Positions 1 through 8,380 of a stretch of 64,000 nucleotides of DNA are shown here, one piece after another. The translations under genes and the position numbers were made by a program. Under the pieces are notes generated by a model. The model saw nothing but the letters and a program-made list of their open reading frames with translations. It was not told where the DNA came from and made no database searches. Where the stretch lies: the NCBI GenBank assembly GCA_965221775.1, contig CBDCSU010000006.1:1216001-1280000 (forward strand), given 5' to 3'. The number at the start of each line of letters is the position of its first letter. Within the stretch, counting starts at the first letter, position 1. Source of the DNA: Candidatus Latescibacterota bacterium. Its GTDB lineage: Bacteria; Latescibacterota; UBA2968; UBA8231.

Positions 1-1281
1 ACCGATCCCAACCCTCCGACCCAAGACACGGCTCCCCCCAGAGGCTTTGCGGCCCCGCCACCCACCTCGCGTCCCGAGGATACCGCCGAACCGACCGCCG
101 GCAGTTCTGCATCACCGCCCCCGGGACCCATCCCGATGGAGTCAGGAGTCGCCCCCGACCTAGACCCGGGCGTCCGATTCCCGGTCGGGGAACGTCTCGC
201 AGGGCACGCGCAAAACCCCCTCTATCTGCACCCGAGCAATACCAAGCTCACGCAGCTCAATATCGGAATCGTCGGCGATCTTGGGACTGGCAAGACGCAA
301 CTGACAAAAGCCCTGATCTACAACTTTGTCCGCAGCGCCAAGCAGAACCGAGGCCACGCCCCCAAATTCCTTGTCTTCGACTACAAGCGCGACTACACCA
401 AGCCTGACTTCGTCGAGGCGGTAGGCGCCCGGGTCGTCAACCCCCACCGCATCCCCCTCAACATCTTCGACCTTCACGCGGCAGGAGACCGCACGCCGTC
501 CGCCCGGCTCGGCCGCGTGAAGTTCCTGAACGACGCCCTGCAGAAGATCTACGGCGGAATCGGCCCGCGGCAGAGAAACCTTCTCAAGTCTGCCGTGATG
601 CAGGCCTACGACACCGCTCCGGACGGCGTTCCGACCCTAGTCGATGTCCTACGTGCCTATGAGTCCCTCATCGGAGACAAAGTAGACGCGCCCTACAGCA
701 TCCTCTCCGACCTCGTCGACTTGGAGATTTTCGTCGACCGCGCGGCCGATGCTCAGCACTTCAGCGACTTCTTTACCGGCGTCACCATCGTCGACCTCGC
801 CTCTCTCGGAATCGGCGACAGGGAGCGAAACATGCTCCTCGTTCTGTTCCTCAACCTCTACTACGAATACATGACCAATCTGGTTAAGCGCCCCTATGTC
901 GGACGCGATCCGCAACTTCGCTTCATCGATTCGATGCTTCTAGTCGACGAAGCCGACAACATCATGAAGTACAACTTTGATGTTCTGCGCCAGATCCTCC
1001 TTCAAGGACGGGAGTTCGGCATCGGTGTCCTCCTTGCCTCCCAATTCCTCTCCCACTTCCGCACCCGTGACACCGACTACTCCGAGCCGCTCCTGACGTG
1101 GTTCGTCCACAAAGTACCAAACGTCACCCCACGCCAGTTGGAAGCCATCGGCTTAAGCAGAGTCCCAACTTCGACGGTCGAACAGGTCAAGGCGCTGGAT
1201 GTTCACGAGTGTCTGTTCAAGACGCTGGCGGTTCCAGGACGTTTCATGCGGGCATTGCCTTTCTATGAGCTTATGGGGTAG
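1..1281 (+). CDS. HerA/FtsK-family P-loop ATPase, DptH(DndH)-like C-terminal part; 5'-truncated by window edge
   Basis: Frame is open from base 1 through a Pro-rich linker. Walker A GDLGTGKT, 'FLVFDYKRDY', Walker B 'LLVDEAD' and 'QGREFGIGVLLASQ' are typical of HerA/DptH ATPases. Confidence 0.75.
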   Translation, partial: TDPNPPTQDTAPPRGFAAPPPTSRPEDTAEPTAGSSASPPPGPIPMESGVAPDLDPGVRFPVGERLAGHAQNPLYLHPSNTKLTQLNIGIVGDLGTGKTQLTKALIYNFVRSAKQNRGHAPKFLVFDYKRDYTKPDFVEAVGARVVNPHRIPLNIFDLHAAGDRTPSARLGRVKFLNDALQKIYGGIGPRQRNLLKSAVMQAYDTAPDGVPTLVDVLRAYESLIGDKVDAPYSILSDLVDLEIFVDRAADAQHFSDFFTGVTIVDLASLGIGDRERNMLLVLFLNLYYEYMTNLVKRPYVGRDPQLRFIDSMLLVDEADNIMKYNFDVLRQILLQGREFGIGVLLASQFLSHFRTRDTDYSEPLLTWFVHKVPNVTPRQLEAIGLSRVPTSTVEQVKALDVHECLFKTLAVPGRFMRALPFYELMG

Positions 1282-1702
1282 TGCAGACATCGGCATCACG
1301 TCGAACCCTTCGGTCCCCCACATCCTCCCCCAAGCCGCTCCGGATGGCTACGGGACCCAACCGTCTCTACACCCTTAGCCAATTGATCTCAAATTGCCTC
1401 CTGTGACCTTCCTCCATAACTTCCTCAGCCTTGGTTTTCCCACCCCTCCGAGATACCGACCCCACAACCACTTCACTTCCCCATGCCAGTCACCAACATC
1501 CGAGCGCGGGGCCCCTCAAGGAGACCGCGTCCGAGCCATGCTCGCTTCCCAAGCCCCCACCGGGCTGTCGTCAAGGCTCCACCCATTAACCTCCCCCGCC
1601 CAACGCGCCCAGTACAATGCTCGGACGGCGGAGCTTCGTTCATCCACTAACCTTCCCCGCGTCTGACCAGCCCGATCCCACCCACGAAAGAGGCATCTTG
1701 GA

Positions 1703-3049
1703 ATGGCACAGCAACCAGAGAGCAAGTCTCCCGACAAGAATGAGGACCCGGGCTTCACTGCACTCTCCGTCAGTGGCTTCAAGTCCCTCCGTGAGGAGAG
1801 TCGGATTGAAATCAGGCCCCTCACTGTATTGGCTGGCGCCAACAGTTCCGGCAAATCCTCCATGATGCAACCCCTCCTTCTCCTAAAGCAGACCGTTGAA
1901 GCAAGCTATGACCCCGGATTGCTGTTGTTGAATGGTCCTAATGCCAAGTTCACGTCCGTCAACGAATTCCGACCACGTTGGACGCAAGACTCCAATGGTC
2001 AGCCATTTGCCGTGCAAATAGAGAAGGTAGCGTTTGACTTCTCCATCAAGTGGGTGTTCGACTACGAAGAAGATTCCGGGGTGACCCTTAAGCAAGTGAA
2101 CATCCTCGAAGACGGCAGGAGTCTACGCTTGCGACACTCCCAGGGTCCGAGCCAAATAAAGAGGGCCATTGCAGGCTTTTTCGGGGACATAGATTGGCCC
2201 AAGGGCTTACAGTTGCAGATCACGAGGGACCGCTGCATGCTGCAGGTCGAGCCGAAACAGCCTACTACCAAGGAGGATCTTACGCTACCTCATGCCCGCG
2301 TCCTCTTCTTCACCAGAATCTTCTCTGAGGTTGTAAGAAGGAGATTGGGAGCAGTCATTCATGTCCCGGGACTACGCGGCAATCCTGAGCGAGGTTATCC
2401 TAGAACAGGCTCGGGACCGACATTCCCAGGCGCCTTTCAGAATTACGTCGCAACCATTGTCGCCCACTGGCAAGAGGAGGGGAACAAAGAACAGCTGCGG
2501 GCACTTGAGACGATGCTCTCAGATCTCGGCCTCACCAGGAAGGTCTTAGTGAGAGCAATCGATGACTCAACAATAGAGTTGCGCATTGGTCGTCTTCCGC
2601 ACTCGGACTCTGCCACGGACCTCGTAAGTATCGCGGATGTTGGTCTCGGTGTATCACAGGTCTTGCCTGTACTTGTCGCGCTTCTCGTTGCCGAACATGG
2701 ACAAACGGTGTATATCGAGCAACCTGAGCTGCATTTGCACCCTAGGGCGCAGTACACGCTAGGCAAAATGCTGGCCGAGACGGCCAAGCGAGGAGTGAAG
2801 CTTGTTGTCGAGACGCATAGCGGCTTACTGTTGCTTAGCGTACAGACGCTAGTAGCACAAGGGACTCTTGACTCTGAGTTAGTCAAGCTGCATTGGTTTA
2901 CCCGAGATTCCGAGAACGGCATGACGGACATTCATAGCGCGAATCTGGACGAGGATGGTGCGTTCGCAGATTGGCCGGAGGACTTTGGTGATGTGGAACT
3001 AAGAGCGGAGGGTGAATATTTGGATGCTGTGGAAAGCCGTGGCAAGTAG
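1703..3049 (+). CDS. ABC-type (AAA_15/AAA_21, DUF3696-like) ATPase
   Basis: Walker A GANSSGKSS, signature-like 'DVGLGVSQVLP', Walker B/D-loop 'IEQPELHLHP', H-loop 'VETHS', C-terminal 'DEDGAFADWPEDF'. RBS-like AAAGAGG upstream. Confidence 0.85.
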   Translation: MAQQPESKSPDKNEDPGFTALSVSGFKSLREESRIEIRPLTVLAGANSSGKSSMMQPLLLLKQTVEASYDPGLLLLNGPNAKFTSVNEFRPRWTQDSNGQPFAVQIEKVAFDFSIKWVFDYEEDSGVTLKQVNILEDGRSLRLRHSQGPSQIKRAIAGFFGDIDWPKGLQLQITRDRCMLQVEPKQPTTKEDLTLPHARVLFFTRIFSEVVRRRLGAVIHVPGLRGNPERGYPRTGSGPTFPGAFQNYVATIVAHWQEEGNKEQLRALETMLSDLGLTRKVLVRAIDDSTIELRIGRLPHSDSATDLVSIADVGLGVSQVLPVLVALLVAEHGQTVYIEQPELHLHPRAQYTLGKMLAETAKRGVKLVVETHSGLLLLSVQTLVAQGTLDSELVKLHWFTRDSENGMTDIHSANLDEDGAFADWPEDFGDVELRAEGEYLDAVESRGK

Positions 3050-3573
3050 TGGCAAAACAGAGCTGTCGTCGATTGGTGATTGATGCCAATATTGCCCGAT
3101 CTGCGGCGGAAACCGAAGACAATGTCTCAAGTGCGTGCCGGAGATTCCTGGAGGCGGTATTGTGGAGTGGCCATTCTGCCGTGATGTCAGATACCCTTAC
3201 GACAGAGTGGAAGCAGCACTCATCCGGGTATTCGAGAACTTGGCGAGTGAGGATGTATGCACGAAAACGGATTGTGCGAGTCCCGGTAGATCCCGATGAG
3301 ACTTTGCGTAGCCGCTTATGTGCTGCTGTCCAGATCGAGAGTGGAACCACCGTTGATGAAGATGCGCATCTTGTCGAGGCTGCGATTGTAACCGATAGGA
3401 GCATAGCCTCATGCGATGAGAAGGCTCGTAAGGTCTTTGCAGAAGCATCTGGCAGAGTAGGAGAGATAGGGACTATTGTGTGGGTGAATCCGACAACGGA
3501 GGCTGAAGCTCCCGTTTCCTGGCTTCAGGCAGGCGCACCGGCCGAGAGCCATCGTCATCTAGCGAACGGCTGA
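3049..3573 (+). CDS. PIN-domain-like putative ribonuclease
   Basis: GTG start overlaps the ATPase stop by 1 nt. PIN-like acidic motifs 'LVIDANI', 'DEDAHLVEAA', 'IASCDEK'. Confidence 0.65.
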   Translation: MAKQSCRRLVIDANIARSAAETEDNVSSACRRFLEAVLWSGHSAVMSDTLTTEWKQHSSGYSRTWRVRMYARKRIVRVPVDPDETLRSRLCAAVQIESGTTVDEDAHLVEAAIVTDRSIASCDEKARKVFAEASGRVGEIGTIVWVNPTTEAEAPVSWLQAGAPAESHRHLANG

Positions 3574-3651
3574 TCCGCACGCTGGTACGCGGGAGTTGAT
3601 GGTCAATTATCCATGGATGGGAGGGTTCTTGGGCGTTCGATCTTCAGTCGC

Positions 3652-4485
3652 TCACAACCCCAGCAACCCCGCCATGTTCCCCCCCAGAACCAGCCCCCGG
3701 TCCGCCTCCGGGATGAAGCCGCAGTGCGTCCGCACCGCCTCCAGTGACTGCTGGTAGGTCATGTACCACAGCACCGGCGGGTAGTCGGAGGCCCAGCACA
3801 GGCGCGCCGGGCCGTAGCGCTCGTAGAGCTTGCGGACCATCCACATGGTGTCGGAGTAGGGGTACTCCCAGTCGACCTGGGAGACGTAGGCGAAGCCGGA
3901 CAGCTTCAGGTGGATGTTCGGCACCTCCGCCGACTTGAGGACTTCCTCGAAGTTGGGATAGGGCGGCTGCTCCGAGGCCCGGGTGCCGGCCATGTGGTGG
4001 CCGAGGATGACCAGCTCGGGGAAGCGGCGGGCGAGCTTGCGCACGTGGGGGTGCCAGGGGGCGCCGAAGGCGAGGCTGGCGATCAGGCCGCGTTCGGCGG
4101 CGGTGCCGAAGAAGGCCAGGCCCTCGTCGGACTCGAGCCAGTCGTAGTCGTCGGTGAGATAGTGGGTGAAGCCTTTGAGCTCGAGGCGGTCGGCGGTCTC
4201 GGCGAGGCGGGCGGCGGCGCCGGGTGTGTGGTAGGTGGGCGACCAGGAGCAGTCGACGTCGGCGAAGCAGGTGATGCGGTCAGGGTAGCGTTTCGCCGAC
4301 TCGGCGCCGTACTCGTTGTTGCGGGGGTTGTGGTCGAGGTTGGCGCAGACGAGCACGGCGTGGTCGACGCCGTTGCGGTCCATCTCCCAGAGCAGCTTCT
4401 CCACGCGGCCGTGGCTCTCCGGGTTGGGCACCTGCGGCTCGTAGGGCCAGTACTCCCAGGCGTGGGTGTGGCAGTCGACGATCAC
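3652..4485 (-). CDS. amidohydrolase family protein (Amidohydro_2)
   Basis: N-terminal 'IVDCHTHAW' HxH, 'GHHMA', 'LKLSG', 'WASDYP' motifs. Confidence 0.9.
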   Translation of the reverse strand: MIVDCHTHAWEYWPYEPQVPNPESHGRVEKLLWEMDRNGVDHAVLVCANLDHNPRNNEYGAESAKRYPDRITCFADVDCSWSPTYHTPGAAARLAETADRLELKGFTHYLTDDYDWLESDEGLAFFGTAAERGLIASLAFGAPWHPHVRKLARRFPELVILGHHMAGTRASEQPPYPNFEEVLKSAEVPNIHLKLSGFAYVSQVDWEYPYSDTMWMVRKLYERYGPARLCWASDYPPVLWYMTYQQSLEAVRTHCGFIPEADRGLVLGGNMAGLLGL

Positions 4486-4588
4486 GGGTCAGGTCCTCCT
4501 CGGGGGATCGGGGCGAAAGCCGCCGGGCGGCGGCGGGCGGGCATCTTAGCGCCCCGGCCTCGAGGCGGGCAAATGCGGGACCCGCCGA

Positions 4589-4618
4589 TTGCCGCGGTCC
4601 TCGGCTCCCGGCTACAAT
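4589..4618 (+). promoter_or_regulatory. putative sigma70-type promoter for polB, likely leaderless transcript
   Basis: TTGCCG (4589-4594), 18-nt spacer, TACAAT (4613-4618). ATG lies 7 nt downstream with no SD sequence. Confidence 0.5.
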
Positions 4619-4625
4619 AGGGCCG

Positions 4626-7067
4626 ATGAGCGACCCCGAGCGCGGCTTCCTCCTGCACCTCTTCCACCGCCAGCAGAACGGCCGGCCCGTCCTCTTCGGG
4701 GTGGGCCGCCTGGAGTCGGGGCCGACCTTCGCCTTCGCCGACAGCCGCCTCTTGCCCTCCTTCTACCTGCGCGAATCCGAGCTGCCGAGGGCGCGCCCCT
4801 TCTGCACCGGTGTCGGCGCCGAGTTCGACGCCGGCACGGGTCTGACCACCATGGACGGCGAGGCGGTGGTCCGCGTCGGCCTGCGCCAGCCCCGGCAGTT
4901 GCGCCGCCTCGCCGAGGGGCTCCACGGCCACAAGCTGCGCACCTACGAGGCCGACGTCTCCTTCCCGCGGCAGTGGCTCGTGGCCCGCGGGGTGCGCGGC
5001 CCCCTGCGCATCGGCGGGTCGTGGCGCCCCGGCCACGGCGTCGACCGGGTCTACGTCGACCCGGAGGTGGGGCCCGGCGACTGGGAGCCAGATCTCAGAT
5101 TGCTGGCCCTCGACATCGAGACCACCCCCGACGCCGGGCAACTGCTGGCCTGCTCCCTGGTGGCCTGGGGCGGCGGCGGCGAGGAGGTGGAGGAGATCCA
5201 CCTGGCGGGTGAGCCCGCAGCCGGCGACCCCGCCGAGGTGCGCTGCCACGCCACCGAGGCCGAGCTGCTCACCGGACTCCTGGCGCGGGTCCGCGAGCTG
5301 GACCCGGACGTGCTCACCGGCTGGAACCTGGTCGACTTCGACCTCACGGTGCTGCAGCGGCTGTGCCGGACCCACGAGGTGCCCTTCAACCTGGGCCGCT
5401 CCACCGACGAGTCGTGGTACCAGGAGGGCGATGTCTGGGGCGGCAGCCGCGTCGTCGTGTACGGGCGCCAGGTCCTCGACGCCATGCACCTGGTGCGGGC
5501 CACCCTGCAGCGCTTCGAGGACAACCGCCTGCACACGGTGGCCCTCGCCCTCCTCGGCCGCGGCAAGACCTTCGAGGCCAGCGATGGCGATTCCATGCCG
5601 GAGAAGATCCTGGCCGCCTTCCGCGGCGACCGCGCCGCCTTCGCCGGGTACTGCCTCGAGGACTCGCGGCTGGTGCGGGACATCCTGCTGCGCCAGAACC
5701 TCGTGCGCCTCAGCCTGCGGCGGGCCTGCCTCACCGGCCTGCCCCTGGAGCGCGCCTGGGGCTCGGTGGCGGCCTTCGACTTCCTCTACCTCACCGGCCT
5801 GCGGCAGCGCGGCATGGTGGCGCCCACCACCGGCGTCGACCGCGTCAACCAGGAGGGCTCGCCGGGGGGCCTGGTCATGGCCAGCCGCGCCGGGCTCTAC
5901 CGGCACGTCTTCGTCTTCGACTTCAAGAGCCTGTATCCCTCGATCATCCGCACCTTCAACATCGACCCCCTGACCCACCTGGAGGCGCGCGGCTCCAGCC
6001 CCGGGGCGGCGGAAGGGGGCTCGCAGGACGGCCCCGGCGTGGCGGGAGAGCTGCTGCGCGCCCCGAATGGCGCCCTCTTCACGCGCCGCCCGGGGATCCT
6101 GCCCGAGATGCTGGCCGGCTTCTTCGAGGAGCGCGCCCGGGCCCGGGCCGCCGGCGACGAGCTGGCCGCCTTCACCTGCAAGATCGTGATGAACTCCTTC
6201 TACGGGGTCCTGGCCACCGGCTCGTGCCGCTTCGCCGAGGGCGCCCTGGCCGGCGCCATCACCGGCTTCGGCCACTACCTGCTGCGCTGGACCAAGGCCC
6301 TGCTGGAGGACGGGGGCCGCGGCACCGTCCTCTACGGCGACACCGACTCCCTCTTCGTCGACCCCCACCTGCCCGAGGAGCTGGGCGTGGAGGAGGCCCA
6401 CGAGCGCGGGCGCGGCCTGTGCGGCTGGCTCAACGAGCGCCTGGCGGAGCACGTGCGCGAGCGGTTCGACCTGCCCTCGTACCTGGACCTGGAGTTCGAG
6501 AAGTACTACGCCCGCTTCTTCCTGCCGCCCATGCGCGGCGACGCCGAGCGCGGGCGCGCCAAGGGCTACGCCGGCCTCAAGACCGCCGCCGACGGGGGAG
6601 AGGAGGTGGAGATCATCGGCATGGAGGCGGTGCGCCGCGACTGGACCGACCTGGCCCACGAGGTGCAGCGCGACCTGCTGGGGCGCGTCTTCCACGACGC
6701 CCCGGCGGCCGAGCTGGAGGAGCGCGTCCTCGGCTGGGTGGACGCCGTGCGCCGCGGCGAGCGCGACGACGACCTCGTCTACCGCAAGGCCCTGCGCAAG
6801 TCGGTGGAGGGCTACACCCGCACCGTCCCCGCCCACGTGGCCGCGGCGCGACTGCTGCCGGAGCCGCGGGGCACGATCCGCTACCTCGTCACCCGCGACG
6901 GGCCCCAGCCCGCCGGCCGCCTGAGCGCGCCCATCGACTACGAGCACTACATCGAGAAACAGATCCGCCCCATCGTCCGCACCCTCGGACAGGTCTGCGA
7001 CCTGGACGTGGAGGTGGCCCTGGGCGGCACCCCCGACCTCTTCCGCAACGCCGGAGGCAAGCCATGA
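4626..7067 (+). CDS. polB: DNA polymerase II (family B)
   Basis: Exonuclease 'ALDIET', 'GWNLVDFDL'. Polymerase motifs 'FDFKSLYPSII', 'KIVMNSFYG', 'YGDTDSLF', 'GMEAVRRDW'. Confidence 0.95.
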   Translation: MSDPERGFLLHLFHRQQNGRPVLFGVGRLESGPTFAFADSRLLPSFYLRESELPRARPFCTGVGAEFDAGTGLTTMDGEAVVRVGLRQPRQLRRLAEGLHGHKLRTYEADVSFPRQWLVARGVRGPLRIGGSWRPGHGVDRVYVDPEVGPGDWEPDLRLLALDIETTPDAGQLLACSLVAWGGGGEEVEEIHLAGEPAAGDPAEVRCHATEAELLTGLLARVRELDPDVLTGWNLVDFDLTVLQRLCRTHEVPFNLGRSTDESWYQEGDVWGGSRVVVYGRQVLDAMHLVRATLQRFEDNRLHTVALALLGRGKTFEASDGDSMPEKILAAFRGDRAAFAGYCLEDSRLVRDILLRQNLVRLSLRRACLTGLPLERAWGSVAAFDFLYLTGLRQRGMVAPTTGVDRVNQEGSPGGLVMASRAGLYRHVFVFDFKSLYPSIIRTFNIDPLTHLEARGSSPGAAEGGSQDGPGVAGELLRAPNGALFTRRPGILPEMLAGFFEERARARAAGDELAAFTCKIVMNSFYGVLATGSCRFAEGALAGAITGFGHYLLRWTKALLEDGGRGTVLYGDTDSLFVDPHLPEELGVEEAHERGRGLCGWLNERLAEHVRERFDLPSYLDLEFEKYYARFFLPPMRGDAERGRAKGYAGLKTAADGGEEVEIIGMEAVRRDWTDLAHEVQRDLLGRVFHDAPAAELEERVLGWVDAVRRGERDDDLVYRKALRKSVEGYTRTVPAHVAAARLLPEPRGTIRYLVTRDGPQPAGRLSAPIDYEHYIEKQIRPIVRTLGQVCDLDVEVALGGTPDLFRNAGGKP

Positions 7068-8356
7068 ACTGCTGGATCTTCGCCCACAACCCGTTCGAGT
7101 ACTGGATGGAAGGATTCAAGGAACGCTTCGACGCCTGGCACGACGGCGGCGTCCGCGGCCTCGTGGTGGGCCGCATGCAGTTCGACGGCGGCGCCTGCTG
7201 GACGCCGGACCCCAGGGTCTACGAGCGCTTCGGCGAGAGCCCGCCCGAGCCGCCCGCCGCCATTGACCGGGAGAAGGAGCGCCGGTTCCACGCCATGCTC
7301 GACGACGCCGCCCGCCGCGGCTGGCCGGTCTTCATCTTCGGCGCCGGGACGTCGAAGGGCAGCCTCCAGGACCTGGCCAACGCCTTCCCCCAGGTGTCGG
7401 GCTTCATCATCGACGGCCCCGGCGAGAACCACTACGAGCTGGCCTTCCACCACGGCGGCGAGCTGCTCGAGGTGCGCCCCGGAGAGGAGGGCCGCTTCAA
7501 CGAGGTCGGCGCCGACCTCGACCGCGTGCACCGCGGCATCGCCTCCATGCGCCAACGCCTGCACGAGCTGACGCCGGACCGGGTCCGCTACCTGGCGCCG
7601 GCGGGCACCCTCGCCGGCCTGACCCTCTTCGACATCGACGAGGACACCCTCCACTGGCTGCGCGCCCGGCGCGAGTCGTCGCGCCTCTCCTGGGCCCAGG
7701 CGCGGGACAACATCGACGCCGTGGACCGCAAGGTCGAGCTGGGCGGCATCCCCCGCACCGCCGCCTTCTCCTCCCTCACCGGCCAGGACTACCAGCAGAT
7801 GGCCTCGTACTTCGACATCGTCTTCCCCAAGCACTACTACTGGCACCGCGGCTTCGACGGCCTCTACGGCACCGTCGCCCGCTGGGTGCAGCGCCTGTGC
7901 CGCTGGAACCCCTCCCTCACCGAGTCCGACGCCTTCCTCGTGGTGCGCTCCCTCTTCGGCATCGACCTGCCCCGGGTGGACAGCCTCCTCGACATGGAGC
8001 TGGGCTTCCCCCAGGAGTTCTTCGACGAGCTGGTCTTCGACGAGAGCGAGCGCGCCCTGGAGGCCGTGGGCGATCCCGACAAGGTGATCTTCTGGGTCTC
8101 CACCGGGCGCAGCCCCCACGCCGGCGACTCCATGGGGGCCCGCGACCTGCACGGCATCCTCGCCGCCAGCGAGCGCGCCGGCGCCCGCCGTTTCCTGTTC
8201 CACCCGGACCCGGAGATGGGCGCCCCCGAGTGGCGGGTCATCTCCAACATGTGCGGCCGCCTGTGGCAGGAGGACCCGTCGAGCGTGTTCTGGCCGGGCG
8301 ACTCGGCGCGGGGGGACGAGTACAGCGGCGGGCGCCAGCCGGCGGTGGAGGACTGA
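7064..8356 (+). CDS. conserved-looking hypothetical protein (430 aa), possibly TIM-barrel/glycoside-hydrolase-like
   Basis: ATGA overlap with the polB stop; strong GC3 codon bias from MNCWIFAHNPF onward. The longer 5363 start in the ORF track is a shadow extension. Confidence 0.75.
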   Translation: MNCWIFAHNPFEYWMEGFKERFDAWHDGGVRGLVVGRMQFDGGACWTPDPRVYERFGESPPEPPAAIDREKERRFHAMLDDAARRGWPVFIFGAGTSKGSLQDLANAFPQVSGFIIDGPGENHYELAFHHGGELLEVRPGEEGRFNEVGADLDRVHRGIASMRQRLHELTPDRVRYLAPAGTLAGLTLFDIDEDTLHWLRARRESSRLSWAQARDNIDAVDRKVELGGIPRTAAFSSLTGQDYQQMASYFDIVFPKHYYWHRGFDGLYGTVARWVQRLCRWNPSLTESDAFLVVRSLFGIDLPRVDSLLDMELGFPQEFFDELVFDESERALEAVGDPDKVIFWVSTGRSPHAGDSMGARDLHGILAASERAGARRFLFHPDPEMGAPEWRVISNMCGRLWQEDPSSVFWPGDSARGDEYSGGRQPAVED

Positions 8357-8380
8357 AGGCTCTCCTAAGGAGACAAGCTC

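Noticed and set aside
1282-1702. Pyrimidine-skewed intergenic stretch, possible ncRNA or decayed gene
   Set aside because: No convincing structure, repeat or coding signature; only an isolated TACAAT without a well-spaced -35.
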